Source: Ramazzottius varieornatus
Taxonomy: Eukaryota > Animalia > Tardigrada
Direction of reading: 5' to 3'
NCBI GenBank assembly: GCA_001949185.1
Contig: BDGG01000013.1
Span: 1,566,617-1,630,616, forward strand
Length of the DNA: 64,000 nt
Shown here: piece after piece, positions 1 to 9,825 of the stretch
Layout of the letters: every line of letters begins with the position of its first letter
Numbering within the stretch: the first letter of the stretch is position 1
The notes under the pieces: generated by a model
Databases searched by the model: none
What the model was told of the DNA's origin: nothing
The model's input: the letters and a program-made list of their open reading frames with translations, nothing else
Made by a program: the position numbers and the translations under genes

Positions 1-3000
1 CTCGATCGAGATCCGTCTTCCTTGTTCGCTGTCGTTGACGTAAACCTCGAGATCTTCATTCATGAGTGCCGTGATGTGGACGAAAATCTTCTCGTTGAAG
101 GACTCGCTCGAATCGATGAGGATCATGGCGTCTGGACAGTAGATCTTCTCTTCGTGACGGACCATCTTGGTTAAAACATTCGTGAGGGAGTAGGCGGAAG
201 TCAGTCGATGGGCGGAAGCGGCTGTACAGTCTGGCGGAAGAGGTTCGTTCGCTCTGTTCCAGATGAAGGGCGGAATCGACTTTTCCTTTTTGCTGTTTTT
301 CGCTTGGTCTGCTGTACTGATAACGGAGGTGTTGGAATTGGCCGAACTGGCTGTCAGACTGGCGTTCGACTGATTAACGTATAACCGAGACACTTGTTCC
401 GCCGGGGTTGCATTCGGTTGATTGACCGATTGTAGATTGGCGCTGTTTTGTTCCTTGAGTTTAAAGCGCCAGTTGCATCGTTGAGCGAAGAGATTCTTGT
501 TGTTCCGTACCAGGTTTTTTAAGCTGCTCTTTCTGAGGAACATCTGGAAATGGTCGTTCTCGGGCGAGTCTAAGAATTCCGTACACTGGTTCTGGTAGGC
601 AAGTTGGCTTTGGCAGCCATACGGGAACTGTGGACTGATCTGTCCAGCTCGACGCGGGCAGCGGTAAGCGCGATTGAGGTTCTCGTCCGCCCATGTCCGG
701 ACATTCTCCATAATATTGCAGACGAAGGTGGCAAAGTCCGCCCGAGAGTGAAGGCGGGTTTCAGAACGACGGACGTGGGAATGCGAGTGTTTCTCGTGCA
801 ACGCGTAAAAGATGACGAAGATCTTCTTAGATGCCTTGTCGTAGCGGATGCTGTGGTGGAAATACTGCCGATCTGCTTCACTCAGCGCCGTCAGAAGGTG
901 CTTTTTCGTGTAGCTTACTATAGTGTAGTAGTTTTCCATGCTCAGAAGTTGGGAAAGGTAAGGTGGTGGATTTCGTACTTTAATACCACCTGGATCCAGA
1001 GGCTGCGGGTCTGGTGAGATGATAAACTCATATTTCTCTTCCTGCAAGATGGAAGACATCCTGTACCAACATAGAACTTGTGGCGCGCATCCGGTGACAT
1101 GAATCGAAATGAAAACAGTTTAGGTGGACATCTAATCAGAAAAAGGTATCAAGTGAGCAGTGGGCAAAGTAACTCAGGTGTCACGTGGTAAAATTCCNNN
1201 NNNNNNNNNNNNNNNNNNNNNNNNNNNNNNNNNNNNNNNNNNNNNNNNNNNNNNNNNNNNNNNNNNNNNNNNNNNNNNNNNNNNNNNNNNNNNNNNNNNN
1301 NNNNNNNNNNNNNNNNNNNNNNNNNNNNNNAGAGACGTCAGAGCAGCCAAATCTGAGCTAGCCCGTAATCTCTCAACAAGCGGGAATTTCACCACGTGAC
1401 ACTTGAGTTACTTTGCCCACTGCTCACTGCTCACTGCTCACTGCTCAAGTAATGGTTTCCGAACTCTTTCAACCAGAGTGGACTTGACCAAGCCTTGGTC
1501 GGACCAATTGGTCAAAGTTTTGGCCAATATTGGTCAAGTAAAACTGGCCAATGGTCAAAGAAACTGTGTCTTTGGTCAAATTATTGACCATGGGTGTGGC
1601 CCATTGGCGAACGATTTCGGCCAACTGGTCAAACTTTGGCCAACGTTTTATCCAATTTGGCTTTTGGTCAAAGTTTTTGGCCAAAAACTTCGACCATTGG
1701 TCACGATTTTAGCAAAAAGTAGGGAAGGAGTCTTACGTCATCCTTGAGCCTGTGTCGACGTTTTACTACAATGATTGAATGAAAGCTACCAATACACAGA
1801 TGCATGCATACTACATACGAACCAGTGAACTCGGAATGTGCTTCTTGATCTGGGCAGAAGTCCTCCACGCCGACATGGCTTCAGCCAAGCTATTGACGTG
1901 TTCATCATCCGCGATGAAGAAGCTTGGCATACTGGCAATCTTCTTCTTGATGATGCGAAACATTTTGTCAATCCATTGTCTGGCGTATATCAGCTTGATC
2001 TCCGGCCTAACCAACGCCCTCAGCAGCTTTTGGCCTGTTGCAGCATCGAGTCCGGCCGGAATCTCCGCTGACAGATGTTCAAGCGTCTTCGGATCCAAAC
2101 CCAGTCTTTTCAGTACACTCGCCATCCTACAGACAAGCTTATACTGTTACAAGTAGAAAAAAAATCTAATCTTACAAACTCGGGACTGACGAAATCATGC
2201 ATGGTCTTACTGTGGCTCGGTTCTGGAGAGTTGGTACAACTCATGCCGTGAGTTCACCTGAGGCGTTATGATTCGCTGTCGGCGAGAAATGGTGGAGATG
2301 ATACCTCTCTGGTATAAATCCATCTCCAAAGACTTGATGTAATCTTGGACCAGCAACTTGAAATCCGGCGGTTTGTCCAAAGGAGTAGGCGGTGGCGTAG
2401 AATCAGGCGTAGAGCCGTCAGGAGTGACAGCTGGGATGTTTGTAACCGGTGATACCACCGTTGGGGCAAGGCTTGCTGGCGTGCTTTGAAGCGCAGGTTT
2501 GGACAAAGTCTGAGGAACGGTTGCGCCAGGTTGAACTTGACCATCGGGTAGCGGAACTGGAATGCTGACATCAGGCACCGGCTCGGGCGGTGGTGGCTGA
2601 CTCAAAATGTACCCTCGTTCAGCCAAGTCCGCCATAAAGTCGAAGACGTCTCTGAAGTCTGGGTGATCGATCTTATCCCGTTCCTCTTTCCTGAAGCGCG
2701 GTATATGCTGCACCGCTAAACTACTGTTGTAGAACTGGAAGAGCGTCTTGGCTTTGACAACTTGATACAATAGGCTACCCAGCCGTTCACCAGTTTCACG
2801 TGCGATGCGGATAAACTGTTCTTTGCTTGTGTGTTCGGTCATGTCACATTTGGCTTGGAGAGCCAGTGGGCACAGCTGGTTGACAGTGGCGCCTGGTGAA
2901 CCATTCTCCAGGTTGCGGTCGACTTCAGTCCAGAACTTGGTGAGTGCCTCGTTCTGTTGCACGGGACGCCGCACCCACAGGAGGTTGCTGAGGCGGAGAG

Positions 3001-5031
3001 GTGGAGCGCTGCGTTGGCGCAGGAACTGAATTTTCACCAGGCATGTAATGGGAGCTTTCTGATTATTCATCTCGTCAACGATGCCCGCGTCGGTGAAACC
3101 TTGGAGGATGATGTAGCGCACCATCTGGTTTCTCGAAGTTGGGAACGCCGGAACACCGTAAAGCCTGCAACAGGATAAAAAGCATGCACAAAAAGCGACA
3201 GCCTGGGAGTCTTTTTTCGCCACGTTCGCGATATTCACCTAATAACTTGACACTGTTAAAGAAATCCCCTAGAATATCCGTTAGTTGGAAACCACCTATA
3301 GTCCGGACCTGGTTTTTCCTACGTAGTTCACTCACCCAAGTTTGGTTGATAGCGCGTGGCTCAGTTTCGGTAAACCATCCACCCCGACGATACTAGCCAG
3401 CAACAGTCCTTGCATCTTCTGCATCTCGGTCGCACCTTCGTCCGTCGTATCAACTGCCAGGCCATCACCCATGACCACTGTAGCAGGTTTGGTAGCCTTT
3501 ACCACTTCAACATCACCCATCAAATCGTCCATCACAGTCTTGGCAGCGGTGTCTCCCGGGATCACACTTCCGGAATGCGTGTGCTTCGCGTTCTTCTTCG
3601 CTTTCTTCTTCTTTGTGCGCTCCTGTACACCGACATCCACCTCGAGATCTTCTTTCTCCGAAAGGATATCCACAACCTCAACTGGAATCTCTCCTCGAGC
3701 TCGGGCCTTCGATCGTTTCTGTTGAGCACGTTCAGCTGGTACTTCAACGTACAAGGATTCCACCAAGCATTCATCGTCCTCTAACGGTGGTGGATCGGTT
3801 CTTTCCTCTTCCACTCCGCCTTTACCCTTTCCAGGTAGTTTGCCTTTCCCAATGGAGGCCGATGCCGTTGCTAGCTTCGCAGTACCCGGGACAACCGGTT
3901 GTGGTCCAGCTGGTCCTTTGTGATCCTTATATCCCTTCAGCATAGCGCTCTTGGAGGGATGTGGGGGCTGTGCATGATCGTCTGGTTTAGCCTTGTCAGG
4001 GAATTCTCTAGCGGCTCGGACTGCGTTAAATAGCTCTTTGTCGGATTTCTTGAGCAGAAGGAGCTTGTACTTGATCAAGAGTACGAGTGTAGGGATCGTT
4101 GGCGCACGTAGTACTTCCTCGAGAGGTTTATCCTTGTCGAGGAACCGCAGCTCCTCGAAAAGATCATCAGCAAGTGAGTGCGGTCGCATTACCGGTACCG
4201 GTGGCGCACCGGGCTGGCCGGCAGTAACCGACTGGCCTGTCAGAGAAAAAAATCATGTTGGTAAGCTTCATCCAGTGACGGAGATGAGCCTCGTTCTGCA
4301 TCGGAAGTGAATAGGCAAGCCGGGATTCGAAACGTACAACATCCTTGTATCATAAGTGACGCAGTCTTCCAGCCAATGGAAACGAATAGATGCGCCACTT
4401 TCGATGGCAATGCTTACGTTGCGTCTATCGGCCTCCCAAATGAAGTCTTGTGGATTGTTTGGACTCACCGGTCTTTACCTTGATGCCCATCATTCTTGGC
4501 CGGTTTATTGACGCTTGATTTCGAACCGCTCATCTTACTCACAGGTCTTGCCATATGCGTTTTGCTGTTTGCCCCAAGTTCGTTCGGATTCTGCTGACTC
4601 TCCAACAACGCTCTCTGAGCCTCTTCCTTCTCCTTCTGTCGTTGCAATTCCTCATCAGCCTTCTTCTTCGCGATCCTTTCCTTCTCAAGCTTTTCCTTTT
4701 CCCACCTGCTCAGATTCTCCTCTGGCGCAAAAGGTGTACGATGCTGTTTCAACAAGTGAGTCGCCTCTTGTAACAAGTCATCCTTCTTAATAGCGATTAC
4801 ACTGTTACCCTTTACACAATCAGCCATCAAGTCAACCAGCAAACTTTCCACGGGACTGTTTTCCACTACCATACCGATCACCGGCCACCAGTTCTTGTGG
4901 ACCAACTGCTCATTTGTGATAACCATAGGTGGCGCAGGTGGACCTTCTGGCGTCTGACGACCTTTCTTGCCTTTAGGTGGTGCTGCTTTTCCTTTACCAT
5001 CCGCTGCAGGTTCAGCGCCTTTACCTGCCAT
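1..5031 (-). CDS. SPAG17: SPAG17/PF6-like axonemal central-pair protein, 5' part; spliced; runs off the left edge
   Basis: Exons ~5031-4469, ~4236-3337, ~3238-2211, 2126-1823 and 1041-<1. I checked the last two junctions as phase-compatible GT-AG joins; the first two are approximate. The 1041-1 frame is open to the window edge and absent from the ORF track. Segments QLVHKNWWPVIGMVVEN, TLVLLIKYKLLLLKKSD, RYIILQGFTD..PITCLVKI, LTKFW and LGSLLYQVV...FYNSSL..QHIP align in order with the SPAG17 N-terminus as I recall it (no search run). Confidence 0.7.
1153..1427. mobile_element. MITE with ~45-bp terminal inverted repeats, spanning an N-gap, inside a SPAG17 intron
   Basis: gtgagcagtgggcaaagtaactcaggtgtcacgtggtaaaattcc (1153-1197) matches the reverse complement of 1383-1427. 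It is followed by a short (CTGCTCA)n run. Confidence 0.7.
1474..1712. repeat. TTGGTCAA/TTGACCAA-rich MITE family, copy 1 (one end only)
   Basis: Starts AGAGTGGACTTGACCAAG like the copies at 43317 and 57771. The body is full of TTGGTCAA/TTGGCCAA motifs. Confidence 0.65.
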
Positions 5032-5375
5032 CTATATGGGATCAATAGAACAACAAGAGAAAACCGTCAAAGACCGCTACCCATGTCTCACATTTTACGC
5101 CTAAGCTTCTTCTCTGTTTGGGTCTCTTTTAACGAGCAGTAAAGTCTTGAAAACAAGTTATATTCGGCATGGTAGATCGTTTATTGATGCATGCCTTCGA
5201 GCTGCTAAACCCTGGCAACACTTTATGATTAGCGGCACAGTACTAATCGCATAGTAGAAGAATTGTACCGTCTGTTTGCATTATATAAAACAGATGGGAA
5301 AACAAAAAGCCATGACAAGAACGGGCAGCTCTGAAGTTACATTATGATACGCACTGAATCATAACGTTGTTAAAT

Positions 5376-6307
5376 TTACTGAATCAGTTCACCGGTGGTC
5401 TCGTTTCCTCGTTCGATAGCTTCGATAGTGACTTCCAGCAGTGGATAGCCACTGATGCCTGGAATCTCGTTGAAAACTTGAATGACTCGTTCGACTGAGG
5501 TGTTGATACCGGTCAGAGGACTCCATTGCAGCATGGTGGAACCTGTGGAATTAAAAGCTCTTTGGTACAAGGTCAAGAAGCAGAAATATGCAATGAAACT
5601 GACCGATTGTGGGGCTAGAAGGGTGAATGTCAATCTGAGGAACTCCAAGCATCCATGAGCCGAGGTAGGCGCGAGCGCGATGATGCACTTCACCGTTAGC
5701 GCCGACTGTCATGTTGGAGTACACCGTCATACGGGCTTTGGGTGCCCACACCACGTCTCCGGTACTGAAAATCTGGCAGATATCTTGCTCTTTAGAGAAG
5801 AAGGGCGTCAGAGGGTCAGCGCTACAACGATATACCAGCTAAAGAACAGAAAACTAGATGCACGAATTCACTTACCTCTGCCAGATGGTAATATCGGGAA
5901 TCCACATGTCCTTGATGGGGAAAAAGATGGTGGTCAGGTTGCCGAACTCTTCCGGGGACCATGACAGTCTGGGATCATTCCATCTGAGATCTACCGACAT
6001 ACCGGCTTGCAGAACATTCGTACGTTCTTTCTGTAAGATTCAGAGCAACATGATTAGTGTGAAACAATGTGATAGTGAAACTTGGTATAAACTTATCCTG
6101 TCTTCTCACCAGCTTTTCGAGACCGAACAAATGCATATTGACCCATACAGTAGGTCCGCCGATATCCGCGCCTGGGCGAACGTAGATGTCATTGGCGTTC
6201 CTCAAGTCGCGGAGGAGAGCCGTGGTCATGGCTGACCTGGCCGACTTCTCTTGACCGGCGACCAGCGCGGCCATTGTGCATAATATGACCACCTTGCCCA
6301 AACCCAT
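5376..6307 (-). CDS. Secreted pentameric ligand-gated ion channel extracellular domain (AChBP-like), with no TM domain and no Cys-loop
   Basis: Four exons (6307-6110, 6030-5876, 5821-5604, ~5557/5542-5376), phases compatible. Signal peptide MGLGKVVILCTMAALVAG, then VRP..PTVWVNM, WNDPRLSWSPEEFGN, MWIPDI, GDVVWAP, LGSW, YP..EVTI, then a stop codon. AATAAA on the minus strand at ~5180. Confidence 0.8.
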
Positions 6308-7204
6308 TTTGAAGGTACACCGAAGTCAGACGACGTTCCGTCAGTGAAGAACTAGCAGAGGACTGATATAGCGTTCTGAAGGTAGTGTTTGGAAGAAAGT
6401 GATCTCCAGGTACAACAGGTGGACTGGCTGAAGGCGTAATGGAAAAGCGGCGCAAACAACAGCATTTCTTGCCAATAGCTTATGCGGTAGAATGTTTCGG
6501 TAAGTCGATGTATACGCATAACAACTATTGAAGTGCCGCAACAGTTTTCCCGGTATATGGTAGGTAAGTGCCAAATGCGGAATCATGGTCGTTTACAAGT
6601 ACAACAAAACTATCGACGGAAATTCCCTATCCGTTTGATGAGCTTTATACTGTACGCATACTCGGCAATTCCTAACGCATTTGGTATGTGTTCCACGGCC
6701 GTAAAAAACACTCTACATGCCGGCGAATCAGGTATGCAACCGGTTCTCTCCACTGGAGGTACTTCGCGGGTTGGCGAACGATAAACAATGGTCTCACACC
6801 GAAGGATCTCGTGGAATCTACGGACACTGTAGCTTCAAACCTTTAATTGAAAGGGCATTCGAGTGTCACACAAGCAGCCAAGGTACTCCCAAACAGGGTT
6901 CTTTGGAGTTCTCCCATCCGTCAGCTTTCTAGCAAAGAGCAAAGTTTCGACCTGGCCAACATCGTAAGAAAAGACAACGACATTCTTTGATGTTTTGTAA
7001 ACCGATGCCGAATTTTGGGTGATACCGAAACAAAGTTTATTCTATGCACTTGCTCTATTAATAAAATGGGTAGAAAGAAGAAGAAGGATGAATAATCTGA
7101 CGCATGTTAATCAGACTCTTCATGGAGGACTGATACTACCCCGAATTCTACTAGTGAAACACAAAGTAGACTGCTTATGCTATACTGTACATATTCGCTA
7201 GTTT

Positions 7205-7609
7205 CTATCCGAGATTGCCCAGAAGTCCTTTCCCGGCACCCAGAGCCGCACCTGCCGCTGCTCCTTGCTTAGCCGAAACCCCTACAAACACGGAGAATAA
7301 TTATCTTGGTATACTTTCCTGGGATTCCGGTAAGTAAGATAAACGTTTTGTATGCGGAGTTGAAGTAATATACTTTTACTTACCAGGTAAAATAGCGCCG
7401 ATGAGGGCTCCTATCGCTCCACCTTTGATTCCACCGCTGAGGATACCTCGCTTCTCTCGTTGCACATTCTCGTCGACCGGAAGGCAACCTAAAAATGTAT
7501 TCAATAAAGAACCAGCTCACAGCGCTTTTACAAACCAAATTCCTTTGTACTCACTGGCGGATAAGACGAAAACCGCCAGAAGGGCGAACAGAGCGTGCCG
7601 GAGTGCCAT
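7205..7609 (-). CDS. Glycine-zipper prepropeptide A (putative antimicrobial peptide precursor)
   Basis: Exons 7609-7555, 7488-7384, 7281-7205 give MALRHALFALLAVFVLSAS-CLPVDENVQREKR-GILSGGIKGGAIGALIGAILPGVSAKQGAAAGAALGAGKGLLGNLG*. Confidence 0.8.
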
Positions 7610-8085
7610 GGTAGGAAAACCTGGAATGTAAACGAGACGAACCCGGAAATCTGGCTGACCTAACGAAATCAATTGCAATGAAAGGAGAGTAACGGCAAAC
7701 TACGAAACCTCCTGTATTTTTTCTTATGTCGACCTGGTGTCTACATATCCGCATATATCGCCCAAGGCCGTTGGTGCGCGAGCCACCATAACATGACCAA
7801 GAACTTTGACATTTACACAAGAAAATCAATGTCATGTACGTATAAAGTCGCGTACGTATACAATGCCAAGATGGTAAGCATGTTATTGGAATTAATACAT
7901 AGGTATTACGTATACACATATGAGCGCCACAATGTTGTTCAGATCCGACAAAAAGTGTCTGCTGCCCAAAAATATCTCAGTTCTAGATGAGGGCGGAGAA
8001 GTGAGCAGGCAAGGAGGAACTCAGCTAAAAGTGAAAGACCGGCAAAATACCGACAATTATGGTAGAGCAATTACGTAGCCCTTCC

Positions 8086-8510
8086 TTATCCAAACATGCC
8101 GCTAAGACCGGACTGGTGTTTTTGGACATTCTTTATTGCTCCGGCTCCGGCTCCCAGAGCAGCACCAGCTTTCATACCGGTCCCGCAAGAAACACCTACG
8201 AAAGACGTAGCCGGTTGGTTAGCAGATAAACAGAAAGCGAGTGTATACCTCAAGGAACTTACCAGGAAGAATACAACCGAGAGCTCCACCCAGCAGCGCA
8301 CCTTTGATCCCACCAGTCATAATACCCCGCTTTTCTCGTAGCTCATTGACCGGCAAACAACCTACAAGCAAGAGAAAATTTAGAACCTTCTCAAGCTGGG
8401 TATATCGTTGGAAAAACTTCCTCAAATCAAGGGTATATAAAGCAAAACTTACTGGTAGACAACACGAAGAGGGCCAAGAAGAAAAACAAAACTTGATGAT
8501 AGACAGCCAT
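8086..8510 (-). CDS. Glycine-zipper prepropeptide B
   Basis: Exons 8510-8453, 8361-8263, 8195-8086 give MAVYHQVLFFFLALFVLSTS-CLPVNELREKR-GIMTGGIKGALLGGALGCILPGVSCGTGMKAGAALGAGAGAIKNVQKHQSGLSGMFG*. Confidence 0.8.
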
Positions 8511-8987
8511 TTTGCAAAATGGATTGGTATAACGCGAACTCGGATATCGCCGGAGGCCTCTGCGGTAAGCGGAAAGGAAACTGGGGAAAGTTTGGACGTT
8601 TGAAAGTTGCGTCAAGAAATTCAGGTATTTATGTCGCATGCGGTACGAGACTTATATCAGTTTATGCTTTCGCGCGGTGGGCAAACGCCACTTCGCTAGC
8701 CACTCTGTTCGTCATCGCCACTCATGCTAGGTAAGCAAATTAGACCACTCCATTTCTTGAAATTTTACAACGTAAATATTGAATAAACTTCTCAGAGGTG
8801 CTCAGAGTACAAGTGCAGTCATCAAGGAACAAAACTCCAGCCGAACAACAACAAACTTGATAAGACGGATGTTGGCTGATTCAGATTATGCTGTACACTA
8901 AACCTATACAGTGTTCATTCGTTATGAAAATTCAACATGGAAGCTAGTGGACACAAGTTAAACCAGACTGAGATAAACCGGCAGAAT

Positions 8988-9291
8988 CTATCTACCATTC
9001 AACACTTTACTGATCATATGCATCGCACCAGCTCCTAAGGCTCCTCCCGCAGCACTCTTCTTCGCATCCCCACCCAAAACTTTACCGAGTACTCCGCTAA
9101 TGGCTCCGCTGACCAACATGTCTTTGGCTATCCCACGTTTCTCGCGCAAATCCTGGACGGGTAAACAGTCTACAATGGAAGGAAAGACATAACGAAGGCC
9201 AACCAGAAGCCGAAACAGAAACTCTGTTACACTTACGGGCGGAAGCGATGAGGACGACGAGCAAGATGAGTGAAACTTTATGGCATTCCAT
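8988..9291 (-). CDS. Glycine-zipper prepropeptide C
   Basis: Exons 9291-9237 and 9169-8988 give MECHKVSLILLVVLIASAH-CLPVQDLREKR-GIAKDMLVSGAISGVLGKVLGGDAKKSAAGGALGAGAMHMISKVLNGR*. Confidence 0.8.
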
Positions 9292-9825
9292 GGTCGAGCC
9301 TAAAAGAATTTTGCACTGGAAGAAGGTCTGGATTATCACAGAAAGTCGATGGAAGGACGGCTCCGTAAAGGTTGATCAAAAATTCGGAATGGTCGGAAAA
9401 ACAACTATGCTGATAGGTATTCTGAGTTAGGTTTTACAGCGTATTGACTATGACTTACTTCCTATCGAAGCCACTTATGTTTATTTGAAAAGCCAGATAA
9501 TGATCGGTGACGGTGCTCAGAGCGCGGAAAATCCGGTTGCGGACTAAGAAACAGACCACGAGACTTTTTCATACAATAAACAAAACGACCCACAAAGCCA
9601 CACGTACAGCATACGTACTGTCGATCAAAGTTGAGTCAACAACCTGTTGAATTTACGAATCGAGCGACGCAAACCAAAAGCACTCAGCGAACTCTTATCA
9701 TTCCACTTTATTTATAATAACAACCATTCAGTGTACAACAGGGCATAAAATCTGCCTAAAAAGATAAAAATACTGACGTCTGGAATACTGTCAGAACGAT
9801 GAGAAAGCTAAAAGTATTCTCAATG

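Noticed and set aside
1474-1712. Short reiterated motifs resembling a CRISPR array (also at 43317 and 57771)
   Set aside because: Eukaryotic context, no constant repeat/unique spacer structure, no cas genes; the repeats are bounded by MITE-like termini.
1-5031. A run of long minus-strand ORFs initially suggesting an endogenous virus or retroelement
   Set aside because: They join through GT-AG introns into one SPAG17-like gene, and no RT, integrase or capsid motifs are present.
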